Shown piece after piece: positions 11,306 through 23,209 of a DNA stretch of 64,000 nt. Origin of the DNA: Mytilus californianus (Eukaryota); the NCBI RefSeq assembly GCF_021869535.1, contig NW_026262712.1:79608001-79672000 (forward strand), in the 5' to 3' direction. A program made the position numbers and the translations under genes. The notes beneath the pieces are model-generated. The model worked only from the letters and a program-made list of their open reading frames with translations. It was not told the DNA's origin and did not search any database. The first letter of the stretch is position 1, and every line of letters starts with the position of its first letter.

Positions 11306-13477
11306 TCAAATTATATAAATCCATTAATTGCCTTTAATTTGGCATCAAAGGACACTACGGTCCAAATTATGTTTATCTATTTAGATTGATTGTATCATGA
11401 TTGAAATGCAGTTGCAAATACTTCACTTATATTCTATAGGGCGAAAACAAACTAACAACTATTTCAACGGGTAGGTTCTGAACGGTAGATAGAACGTTAC
11501 GGCATGTGGTCGGGAAATTAGAAGTGTATGGGAATAAACTTTGCTAATAAGTTAGCTCTTAAGTTCATGGCATGATTACAGATGTGAATTGATATGCATT
11601 AACAATGGCCGAAAGAACATCATAGATAAACACATGTACATAAAAACATACATATTAGTACAATAATTTGTAACATGTGTAATCAATCCTCAAATGAAAA
11701 TTGCCAAACACAAATATCATTAACATTTCATCCAAATATGCTAATCGAGGAAAGGGTAGAGAGGCAATACATTCTCCCACAAAATTATCTTATAACAAAA
11801 GAGAGCTACCACGACAGTGATTCCAGTCCGATATAAAATATATCTACTTCTGGCTTACCCCCCTAAAAAGCAAAGAAAAATTAGCTGCTACTTTAGACAA
11901 AGATTTCCGTAAACATTGCAGAAGTTTGGAAATTCAAAAGAAACTAAGGTTTCAAATCCCTCAGATCTTAGATGGTTTGGGCTATTTTTAAGTCCTTTTT
12001 AGGTTTATATAGCTCTTTAATTGTGTTGGCTCTTATGTATCATTGGCTTTCAAACACTCGCCTTTGATCGAAATTTTTTGAGTGTTGTTTTAATCTTTTT
12101 CGTGACAATTATCCAAAAACTAAGATTTTTTCATCTGAATAAAAGTGTTACATGTGGTTAAAACATTACATGTAGCTTTCATAACGCATATACTGATTAG
12201 GTTATTAGTAACTTTTCTGTGATGTCAGGGAGAATAATAGCTTTTTTTAAACAGAGATACATTAAAGTTGAGTCGTTTATTTATTTATGAATATACAATT
12301 TTACTACATATAATCACAATAATAGAAAGTCACATGAACTATTGTTTTAATTAACTACTCAAAACACTAACGTGATCATAAGGATAAGTTCTGATGACTT
12401 GAAATAATGACGGTTCATTCCTGCTATTCGATCATTAAAAAAACCAGTTGTGTCATACACACCTTTATATGTTTCATTCAAACAAAAAATACATAGTTAT
12501 AAAGTTTTATCAATATATTGATACTTATAACGAGGAAAATCAATAATTAATATTTCTTTTATTATTTTTTGCTCGATGTTTGTGACGTAAAACGTATGGA
12601 ATGCCGTAATTGGAAGAATTAATATTGAAAAGTTTTGTTCGCTGATTACAATCGAATAATTAGATATTAACACGAACAAATATGCAAATTGTACATCCTG
12701 TAATTGAAAAGTCGTATGTTGAATTATATTTTTTTATTCATTTACATGTTGAAATGCAGGGAATAGATTGTACCAATGTTGTTTTTTTCTTTTTTGAAGT
12801 AATATATTGAACACAATATAACAGATGTTCAATAGACAATAAATGTGCTTCCCAGGCATGTTCTTCAAATATTTCATAAGATGTTTCTCGTGTGATAGTA
12901 ATTTTGAATGTTTAAAAAATTTGAACGAGTTGAATAAACAACGATTGAAATATATATTTTTGTATATGTTGATATGGTGGCTAATACATAGATCGACGTT
13001 GAATATGTTAAATACTTTTGCTACAATGCAAATATTCACATGCATGTAAGAATAGATTGACACATACATTGTTTGTTTTCTAATTTAAATCATGGATCAA
13101 CTCAGCTATCCAACAATTTATCTTTTATAAAATACCCTCCTCCCCCACAAACACATACATAAAAATACAAACACACACAAAATGAACGGTGGATCTTCAA
13201 GTTTAAAGACTTTATTGTCATTAATGTCATTAACCTAATAAAAATTGAAATAGATTATTCTGTTTATTTTGCAACTGCGGCATCTACAAATATTTATTAT
13301 AAAAAAATCTAACTACTCTTAGCAAATATGCAAATGTTTTAGTTACGCCTCAATCAAGCCAAAACACGTAACTTGAGCACATTGACGAAGACTTTGTGAT
13401 TGCTCTGTGTGTTCAAATGAGAATTTAATGCTGAAGAAAAATTAAGGTTTTATTTCAATGACAATTTACTGAGACAA

Positions 13478-13745
13478 GGGGCCTCGGTGGTCGAATGGTC
13501 TAAGTATTCGAACTACTGCATCAATAGCCTGTCACGCTGAGGTTGTGCGTTCGAATTCCCGCACGTGGCAGCTGCGTTCGACTCCAATCTTAATGGTTTA
13601 GGATTGCTAGTTTTTTTGTCGAAGGGCTGTGGGCCTCTCTGGGCTCTCCGTCTTCCACCATCAATAAAAAAATTACCGTCACAAAATAAAGCTATAGTGC
13701 TAAAAGTAGCGTTAACACCAATCAATCAATCCATAAATTAATTAA
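13478..13745 (+). mobile_element. tRNA-derived SINE with (TCAA)n tail
   Basis: GGGGCCTCGGTGGTCGAATGG A-box, GTTCGAATTCC B-box, CTCCG...TTCC(T/A)CCA core resembling the V-SINE domain, CAATCAATCAAT tail; AATTTACTG on both flanks (13463-13471 and 13751-13759). Confidence 0.8.
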
Positions 13746-14569
13746 TCAGAAATTTACTGCTGTGGAAAATGTGGTATATTGTCATTTAATATATTATTTA
13801 TTCATATATCCTTAATGACTTTTGGTTATATATAACACTGTACGACATTGTATTTAATTTATGTAGTGCTTTATGTGCATAACATATGAATTATGCTATG
13901 AAATCAATAAAAAAAATGTTATAGGAAGTATTCGTCTCTTTAATATCCACATGTTTTACCTGGACTTACTTGGGTTAATTAATGAAGTGTTGTTACATTA
14001 TAACCTATCAATAGCCCATTGTTTACGCTATAATTCTATTATCTCCAAAATGAATTTATTAATAACAATAACATTCGTAATGTTTGAATAGCCAGAACGA
14101 GACTTTTATCTGTATATTAATTATATCAAAATTACTTATACAACAAATTACTTACAACAAAATTTACTTTTATTTGTAGGAAGTAGAGACGGAATGTTTA
14201 TTTCTAAAATGTAGCAAAAGCAGGAAGACATCATGTTTAAAAGTGTAAATAGCTGTAAATTTTAAGGAATTTCTGTACAATCATAACATATTTGATGTTT
14301 CTTTTTACGTGATTTATTGATGTTGAATAAATTTACAAGGAAATAAAGAAGATGAAGTTTTATTATTGCATTACAATCTTAGTATCACTTGTAGTGACTA
14401 CACATATTTTCAAAGAATGATTATTTGAATACACATGTGTTTCAGATGACTGCATTAAATTTATAGATTGAAGTATCTCTTTGATAACTCTAAATGATAT
14501 CACCGTCGCTTTCACTTCACGAAAGTCAACTTTGAGAATTATTATAAATACGCTATATAATTCATCGCC

Positions 14570-17128
14570 ATGATACGGTCGTTATATATATTTCTTACAT
14601 TCGAAACAATTTGTAGGTCAGTTTCAACGATTAAAATGCATTCAGGATTTCAACCGTGTGAGTTCTATCATAGATGTGAGTGTAAAAAAGACCAAGGATC
14701 ATTGCTTTACATTGCAGATTGCTCAGGACTAAATATAACACAAATACGGAGCTTTCCGAATATAATTTCAAAACTGTCCCTACGAATGAATAGATTGGAG
14801 GTGATTAAAGATGGTATCTTTTTTGATAACAGACTTCTGAGAATGTTGGATCTTTCATTCAATAAAATCAAAACAATTTCATCATCTTCTTTCATTGGGT
14901 TAGAAAAGTTAAAAGAACTCGACCTACAACATAATAATTTAAGTAAGACAAGTTTTACACACCAATGGTGTGCCAGTTTCCAAAACTTGATTTATTTGAA
15001 TTTGAAAGGAAATTTTTATGAGGAATATCAACCAGACATTTCATCTTTGGTGCGATTGGAAACTTTGAAAATGGATTTTGTGTATAACAAAACAACAATT
15101 CTGAATAAACAGTTCAGTAATCTCAAACGGCTAGAGCATCTGGATTTTTCTGGGTTAACAGGACATTGTTCAGTGCCATTTTTAACACCACATACATTCC
15201 AAACTGTACCACACGTTCGAAATTTAACTTTGGCTATGTGCAAAATAAGATCTTTGCAGAGAGGAACTTTTAATATGATGAAAAATATTACATTCCTTGA
15301 TTTATCAGGAAATACATGTTTAAAATTTCAGGTGTTAGAAAACGTAACAGCCGACATTCAGTTTTCCGCAATCAAAATTTTAAAAGTCAACAAAATCCAT
15401 AAAGTCTTCGACATGAATACATATTTGCAGACCACTCATATAAGGCATCTGCATAACACATCAATCCAAGAAGTTCATATGGACAGCAACCGTCTTCAGC
15501 AAGTAGAACCTGGTGCTTTGAGATTTCTCCCCAGGACATTGATCTATTTGTCAGTTAAAGACAACATGTTTTCTATAGGACCATACCTGTATGACTTACT
15601 AACTTTATCATTTGAAACTGTAGATGCATCCGGCATGTTTTCTTTTCACAAGGAAGATCGACATCCTGAAAGATGCAACTTAGACCTTGTGTGTACTTGG
15701 CACACTGATGTAAGATATAATGACTTTAATGATTCTAAATTTAAACAATTGTTTTTTGAACAGGGTGAATTTGGTAGAACGCTCATACCCATACCTTACA
15801 ACCTTAAGAAATTAATTTTCCGGGGTAGTGGATCAAAATATAACATAACGGAAGTAGACTTATCAAATAATAAGCTAGAAAGTGTTGATCTGAGCAACAA
15901 TATTTTGACACGTTGGATTGGCCCCTTAAAAAATGTAAAGGATTTGAGATACTTAGATCTTTCTTCAAATATGTGCTCGAACGTTTCGACATTCTTCTTC
16001 AGTCAAGACTTCATCATGTTGAAAGAGCTGTTATTGAGTAATAATTTACTAGGACTGGCTTTACCGTATGATATCCACGGAAACACATTCCAACACTTGT
16101 TAAATGTAATGAAACTTGATTTATCTCAAAATAGAATATCAAAATTACCTAAACTGATTTTTAAGTCTCAAATCAAAATGGAAATCTTAGATCTGAGTGA
16201 CAATTTTATCGAAAATATTGATTTTCAATTATCACATTTGATAAATCTGTCATACCTAGATTTAAGAAATAACTTAATCACATTTATCGATAGTCATACT
16301 ATTGTTGAGATTAATTCCTTAGCTGACAACAGAAAACATCTGTCTATAAACATGTTGGAGAACAAACTGGTTTGTACATGTAATTCCAAAAATTTTATAG
16401 ATTGGATGGGAAGTACGAGTGTTCATATTGTTAATAAAACTCATTACTTTTGTCAATTATCAACAGGAGAACGTGTCCTCATGGAAAATATTCCCGAACT
16501 CTACAAAACATTGGAAAAAGATTGTACATCGTATGAAGTTCTTATTTATGGATTAGTTGTAACAATTTTATTTTTTCTAATTGTTCTTATCATGGGTGTT
16601 TGTTACCGATTTCGATGGAAGCTAAGGTATTTCTATTATATGGTGAAAATTAGATCTCGAAGTAAGATACCACATATCGACGAAGATGAAAATGTATACA
16701 TGTATGACGCCTTCGTGTCTTATGCAGATGAAGATCGAACATTTGTTCATACACAGTTACTTCAAACACTGGAAAAAGAAAATGGTATTCGGCTATGCTT
16801 ACATAAGAGAAACTTTTTACCCGGAAATGATATAGCAACTAATATTACTTCCGCTATTCACAATAGTCGAAAAACTGTTGTCATTATGACTTACCATTAC
16901 CTGAAGTCTTACTGGTGTATGTTCGAATTTAATATGGCGAGAATGGAGAGTATTTACGAACGCAATAACGAAAATGTACTTTTCCTTGTGGTCTTTGAGC
17001 AAATATCCACTCGTGATTTTCCCATGCATATCTTAGAAGTCGTTCAATCCCAATCGTACATAGAATTCCCAAACGACGAGCAAGGTGACGTAGTATTTTG
17101 GCGGCAGCTTGTTACTGCATTGGAATAA
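14570..17128 (+). CDS. Toll-like receptor, copy 2 (type B), intact, 852 aa
   Basis: Same SP-LRR-LRRCT-TM-TIR layout as copy 1; open frame from ATG to TAA. Confidence 0.97.
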   Translation: MIRSLYIFLTFETICRSVSTIKMHSGFQPCEFYHRCECKKDQGSLLYIADCSGLNITQIRSFPNIISKLSLRMNRLEVIKDGIFFDNRLLRMLDLSFNKIKTISSSSFIGLEKLKELDLQHNNLSKTSFTHQWCASFQNLIYLNLKGNFYEEYQPDISSLVRLETLKMDFVYNKTTILNKQFSNLKRLEHLDFSGLTGHCSVPFLTPHTFQTVPHVRNLTLAMCKIRSLQRGTFNMMKNITFLDLSGNTCLKFQVLENVTADIQFSAIKILKVNKIHKVFDMNTYLQTTHIRHLHNTSIQEVHMDSNRLQQVEPGALRFLPRTLIYLSVKDNMFSIGPYLYDLLTLSFETVDASGMFSFHKEDRHPERCNLDLVCTWHTDVRYNDFNDSKFKQLFFEQGEFGRTLIPIPYNLKKLIFRGSGSKYNITEVDLSNNKLESVDLSNNILTRWIGPLKNVKDLRYLDLSSNMCSNVSTFFFSQDFIMLKELLLSNNLLGLALPYDIHGNTFQHLLNVMKLDLSQNRISKLPKLIFKSQIKMEILDLSDNFIENIDFQLSHLINLSYLDLRNNLITFIDSHTIVEINSLADNRKHLSINMLENKLVCTCNSKNFIDWMGSTSVHIVNKTHYFCQLSTGERVLMENIPELYKTLEKDCTSYEVLIYGLVVTILFFLIVLIMGVCYRFRWKLRYFYYMVKIRSRSKIPHIDEDENVYMYDAFVSYADEDRTFVHTQLLQTLEKENGIRLCLHKRNFLPGNDIATNITSAIHNSRKTVVIMTYHYLKSYWCMFEFNMARMESIYERNNENVLFLVVFEQISTRDFPMHILEVVQSQSYIEFPNDEQGDVVFWRQLVTALE

Positions 17129-18399
17129 CATTGTAGCGAAACATTTTAAAATATATGATTTGTGTAAAAGAGTTAAAAATCCCAAGATCCAACCACTTTC
17201 TGATATATCATTTTACTAATCGGAGAGAAACAGGTACAGACAGATATCTCTTACCTAGTATCTAAGTATGGGCTAGCGCGAACAGAGTAGTAGTAAATCT
17301 AAGTAACGATTTCAGGGACAGCAACATTTAATCAAATTTTGAAATTGAATATTATTTGCTATTAATAAATGAAAAACAAACATTTGATATAATTTGTTGT
17401 AGCTATGAATTGTGAGTCTGTGACCATCGTGATTAACCCTATTGCTTCTGGTTGCCCATTCTAAAACATTAACTTTCATATATGATACTATTGTTTTTGC
17501 ATAAGCTTTAAAAGATCTGCGACTTCTTACAAATTCTTTATTATATTTCTTGTTAAATCACTGCATACAAACGAAAAAAGTGCCGTTCGATGTCAAAAGA
17601 GAGCTACGTGAAACCAAACAACATTGATCATCTGGCTTGTATGAATGTTTATAAAAGATGTGTTGGCCTTTCCATTATGTGTGTCATATTTACTACTTTC
17701 TTAAGATGCGACATACATTGTGAATTGTGAAGTGTGAATTATGTAGCTGAGATTTATTCAAATAGGAATGACTTTTATATGAAAATACAAACGATAATTG
17801 TCATCGGCTTTAAATTGTATACGCTGTTTGAACTATTTATCTGTAATTAATGAATAGAAGAAATGGTGCTGTTGATTCCTTATTTTTATGCAGTAGAAAC
17901 ATTTCCTTTAAAATGTCGAATGACAATCATGAAGTGTTTGTGCTTTAAATCTGTACAAGATAAAGATGCAGGGAAGTGTACAGGTATTTCATAGGAAAAA
18001 CATATTTTGATAATACCATCACCTTGAAAATATACACAGAAGTTCATATTTCACTCACCGATAAACTTTACGTCCTGCTTCAGTTAGTAGCAGTGGTAAC
18101 TATAGAGGAAGAAAGATAAATAAGAAAAAGGATAATGGGACTTTTTTCACTTTTAAAAAGTTTAATCTTGATCATGTGAAACTTCGTAATATCTATATCA
18201 ATAGTCTCTATACTATAAATCTAAAAAGTGTCATTTTAATGTTTCCACAATCAATACTTATAAAATTGACAAAAAGGTAATCAAAATTACGTAATTATTT
18301 GAGAGCAAAATATATCACTAATCTCATTGAATATCTGAATTTTTCCCAGTTTTATTGGGTTTTGCATCGTTCAAACTTAATATATAATAATATGAAGAT

Positions 18400-18545
18400 A
18401 TATCATTATTGCCAATGAGACAAATCTCCATCAGAGACAAGTGACGTAGAAGTAAGCAACTATAGGTCACCGTACGGCCGTAAATAATTAAGCAAAACCA
18501 ATACCGTGCATATCAAGCTATAAAAAGACCCCAAAATGACTATTT
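18400..18545 (+). repeat. Interspersed repeat (TTGCCAATGAGACAA...ACTATAGGTCACCGTACGGCC family), absent from the paralogous site in unit 2
   Basis: Related copies at about 29410-29570 (+) and 30780-30900 / 31210-31260 (-); missing at about 41270. Confidence 0.65.
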
Positions 18546-19104
18546 ATTTTTAATGTCCAATATATATATATATGAGTAAATACGTTAACATAGGGCACAA
18601 AAACCATTGTTTGTATATTTATATATTTATCGGACAATCGTCACCAGCTGGGTTTTCTTCGTTTTAATATGATGCAAAATGTACACAAACAGACATTATT
18701 TTCTAATACAACGTAAAATTGAATTAAGAAATAAGAGTAAATCGATTTGATTGTATGTCTAAAAAAAAATCAATCTGCACTCGAAATCACTGGACCTATT
18801 CAGTCGAATAAACCACAGTCCCAACCGAACGCTTTACCTTCCGTGTACCATTTTTGTTAAATATATTTTCTAGCAAAATATATCTTTTGGTTACACTCTT
18901 AATGTTCCGAGCGACCTTAGCAACACAACATCAACAGAACCTTTCATTTATTAAATTTATTAAATGATCTTTTATATAAATTTAAGGTATATACGAATGT
19001 TTAATCTTTCTTACAACGCTACAGTAAAAAGTTAAGAGTCCATCAAAAACAAAAAAGCAATGACCCAATTATCCGTTCGAAGTAATGTACACATTTACAA
19101 TCTG

Positions 19105-19230
19105 GTCTCTTGTGTTCAGCATCGGGTATGGCCTCTGTTGTTCCATTGGACAGCTTCTTATCTTGATTGCATTGATTGACAAAGGTTTTTGACTGTTCTG
19201 CAAGGGATGTTTTGCCATGATTCCTTCTTT
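19105..19230 (-). mobile_element. Tc1-family transposase C-terminal remnant (unit 1 copy)
   Basis: Reads WQNIPCRTVKNLCQSMQSR*EAVQWNNRGHTRC*; homologous to 41812-41910. Confidence 0.55.
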
Positions 19231-19240
19231 ACTTTTCTTT

Positions 19241-19930
19241 AGTCTTTTGTAGACAAAACGCGCGTCTGGGGTACACAATGTTTATCCTCGTATCAACGAT
19301 ATTATTTACCTTTTGATATTGACTTTTTTCTGTTTGTCATTCAAGTTTCGAGAATTTAACTGTCAGATTTAAGGCATTTTTTTTAAATATCATACACGAG
19401 TTCTTGTTTATTTGAATTAAATTACTACACATATTTTTATCAAAGTGTCACCGATTAGTCTTTTGTAGACAAAACGCGCGTCTGGGGTACACAATGTTTA
19501 TCCTCGTACTAGTATCTATAATGAGTTTATTTACAACCACTGGTTCGATGCCACTGCTGGTGGAGGTTTCCTCCCTGATTGTATCATCAGCCAGTAATCA
19601 TTGATATGGTCATAATTAAAAATTAAATGTTAACAAAACTTTGAATTTTCGAAATTCTAACGTTTTTGTACCTCAAAAAATATACCATCTTAACTGTTTT
19701 TTATCAAACATTTCGTAATTTTTGATACTCAATGCTCTTCAACTTAGTATTTTATTTGGCCTTTTTAACTGCTTTTATAACCGACCGAGCAAGACCGTCA
19801 TGGGTAGTCAAGGTCGTTACCCCCACACCCTCGTCGCAGATTCGAGCGTTACAGTTAAGTCTTTTGTAGACAAAACGCGAGTCTGGAGTACACAATTTTA
19901 ATCCTGGTATTTATGACGAGTTTGAATACA
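19241..19930 (+). repeat. Interspersed repeat with recurring direct-repeat unit AGTCTTTTGTAGAC...AAACGCG(C/A)GTCTGG
   Basis: The motif occurs near 19241, 19458 and 19858. The intervening CACTGG..CGATGCCACTGCTGGTGG segment is related to 59098-59480. Confidence 0.65.
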
Positions 19931-20663
19931 CTATTCTTGCATTTGTTGAATGCAGTCTTGCTTTTACTGGAACGCTTTTTGTCAGAGTTTGTGGCAGTTT
20001 TGGCAGTCATTCATTCATACGGATTTCATAACGGCAGTTTTGCTACAGGGCCATTTAACTAAAATCTGATATTCCACTTCAAATTTTGCAACAATTTCAA
20101 CATGCACAATGAGGTCGTAATATTCTGTAATGTAAGAGGGTAACTTAACTTTATAAACAAAACAATATTCCATAAAGTAAAGTTTGTCTATTTTATTAAA
20201 ATAATATTTTCTAGTATATAATATCACAAAAAAGGAGAGTCATATTTAAATTACTAAAAACACTAACATGCTTGCAATTTCACGAAAAAAAGGTAATAGT
20301 GAATTGAAAAATAATTAACACATATGAATAGCTGTGAATTTAAAGGGAAAATTATAAATGTAATATTATTAGCTGTGAATGTTTATGGAACAATTCTACA
20401 TATATTTGAGATGTCTATCTTCTAACGTTAAACAAATGACAAGGAAGCATATAGATAAATGTTTAACTTTTGTGTTCCAAATTGTAATAAAAACTTCATA
20501 TTTTCTAAGAGCAGCAGAATGGGATATACATGTGTTAAAGATAAAAAAAGAGAACCTTTGGAGATTGAAGTGATTATTCGTTAAATCCAATTGTTGTTAT
20601 TACGGTCTACGTTCAGATGTTCTAGGTCTAGAAATAGTAACACTCATCATTGATGAACGTGGC

Positions 20664-23209
20664 ATGATGTGGCCGTTATATATATTTTTTGTAGCATTCG
20701 GAATACTTTGTACGCCATCAGCAACAACAAATAACAGTCATAAAAACTTTTCACCATGTGAATTCTATCATGATTGTAAGTGTAAAAAAGACAAGAAATC
20801 ATCGCTTTATAATGCAGATTGTTTAGGGCTTAATATGACACAAATACGGAGGTTTCCGGATATAATTGTAAAACTTACACTGCGAATGAATAGATTAAAG
20901 GAAGTAAAAGATGGTACTTTTGGGGAAAATAGACGCCTGAGACCGTTGGATCTTTCCTTCAATAGTATAAATACACTTTCGCCATCATCTTTCATCGGTT
21001 TGGAACAGTTGAAAGAACTCGACCTTCAACAAAATAGTCTTAGTAGGAAAAGTTTATCATACAATGTGTTTGTAATTTTTCAAAGCTTTGTTTATTTGAA
21101 TTTGAAAGGAAACTTTTATCAAGAATTTCAACCTGATATATCCTCCTTAGTGCGTTTGAAAACGTTGAAAAAGGATTTTGTATATGAAGAGACAACTATT
21201 CTAGGTAAACAGTTCAGTAATCTGAAACGGTTGATGCGTCTAGATTTTTCTGGGTTTTACAGGAAATTGTTCAATGATCCATTTGACACCACAAACTTTT
21301 CAGTTTGTACTACAAATTCGTCATTTAAATTTATCTGTGTGCAAAATAAAATCAGCATAGAAAGGTACATTTGATAAAATAAAAAACATTACCTCCCTTG
21401 ATTTATCAACAAAGACATGTTTTAAAATTTCAAGTCTTAGAAAATGTTACGAACGATCTTCAGTTTTCAGCAGTTAAAATTCTAAAATTAAACAAAATTC
21501 AAAAGGTTTTGATATGAACACATATTTACAGACATCTCATATCAGACATCTGAACAATACGGCCATCCAAGCAAATAGAATCTGGTGCTCTGAAATATTT
21601 CCCCAAAACATTGAAGTATGTATCAACAAGAGATAACATGTTTTCTATAGGACCGTACCTGTATGACCTAATGTCCATGTCAATAGAAACTTTTGACATT
21701 TCCGATATCTTTAAAGCTTACAAGGAAGATTGTCAACCCGAAACATGCAACATGAACTTTGTATGTACCTGGCACAGAGAGGCTCAATTTAATGAAAATC
21801 AGAATATACAGGTAAAAGAATTGTTTTATAAAAGTAGACAATATCTCCAAGAGGACAATGCTGTTACCATCATACCTATACCCTATAGACTAAAAGCATT
21901 GTGTTTTCGATCTAGTGACTCAAAATATAAGATAGCGACAGTAATTTTATCCAATAATAAACTAGAACATGTGAGCAACAATATTTTGTCACACTTGATT
22001 GGTCCTTTAAAAAATAAAAAGAATTTGAAATACTTAAACCTATCTCAAATGTGTCCTCCAACATTTCGACATTCTTCTTTAGTCCTGTTTTCAACATATT
22101 AGAGGAGCTACTGTTGTGAAATAATTTGTTAGGTCTTGTGTTACCGTCCGATACCCACGGACAAATATTCGAAAATTTGATCAATTTAAAAAAAAACTTG
22201 ATTTATCTGAAAACTGGATTTCTATTTTGCCTAATCTGATTTTCTAATCTCAGAGAAAACTTGAAATGTTAGATCTAAGTTCTAATATTTTTTTTTAAAT
22301 CGATTTCAAATTATCACATTTGACACATCTGTCATTCCTTAATTTAAGAAATAACATTATTACATTTATCGATAGCCATTCGATTCTAGAGATAAATTTT
22401 ATAGCTGATATGAGTAAAAATCGTTCTATGAACGTGTTAGAAAACAGACTGGTTTGCACATGTAGCTCTGAGAGTTTTATAAAATTGATTGGAAGTACAA
22501 GTGTGCAACTTGATAATAAAAATCATACCTTTTGTCAATTTTATCAACTAGAGAACGTACCCTCATGACAATTATCCCAGAAATTTTCAAAAGTTTAGAA
22601 AAAGATTGTATATCATATGAAGTTCTTATTTTTGGACAAGTTGTAACAATTCTTTTATTTTTCATTTTTCTCATCCTGGGTATTAGCTACCGATTTTGAT
22701 GGAAGCTATGATCTTTTACTATACGGTGAAAATTCGATCTTAAAGTAAGATACCCCAAACTGACGAAAATGAAAACGAATATCTGTATGACGCCTTTGTG
22801 TATTATGCAGATAAAGATCGATCATTTGTTCATACACAGTTACATCAAACACTGGAAAAAGAAAATAGTATTCGGCTGTGCTTACACAAGAAAAACTTTT
22901 TACCTGGAAATGATATAGCTACTACCATTTTTTCCGCTATTCACAATAGTCTTAAAACTGTTGTCATTATGACTTTCCATTTTCTGAAGTCTTACTGGTG
23001 TATGTTCGAATTTAATATGGCGAGAATGGAGAGCATTTACGAACGCAATAACGAAAATGTACTTTCCTTGTTTTCTTTGAGCAAATATCTGCTTGTGATT
23101 TTCCTTTGCATATTTTAGAAGTCCTTCAATCCCAATCGTACATAGAATTCCAAACGACGTGCAGGGTTACGTAGTATTTTGGCTGCAGCTTGTTAAAACA
23201 CTGAAATAA
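20664..23209 (+). pseudogene. Toll-like receptor pseudogene, copy 3 (C-type body, A-type 3' end)
   Basis: ORF fragments 20664-21374, 21611-22102, 22320-22568 and 22798-23118 align in order to copy 5. There is a +1 T near 21257, further homopolymer indels, deletions near 21570 and 21968, and premature stops. Confidence 0.95.

Larger units (their letters stand above)
6400..23190 (+). repeat. Tandem segmental duplication, unit 1 (end of copy 1, spacer, copy 2, spacer, body of copy 3)
   Basis: Colinear homology to 23191-46915: 8385-9170 ~ 23290-24050; 9815-10730 ~ 25940-26820; 11700-12140 ~ 26965-27870; 12640-14569 ~ 35225-36862; 17129-19230 ~ 39425-41910; 20050-20663 ~ 43710-44349. Confidence 0.9.

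Noticed and set aside
13478-13560. tRNA gene (also 2686-2745)
   Set aside because: A/B boxes are present but there is no closed cloverleaf, and both continue into SINE bodies.
13950-14569. NF-kB or IRF sites in the conserved TLR upstream regions
   Set aside because: Only partial matches (e.g. GGAATTTC), which are expected by chance in AT-rich DNA; the transcription start is unknown.
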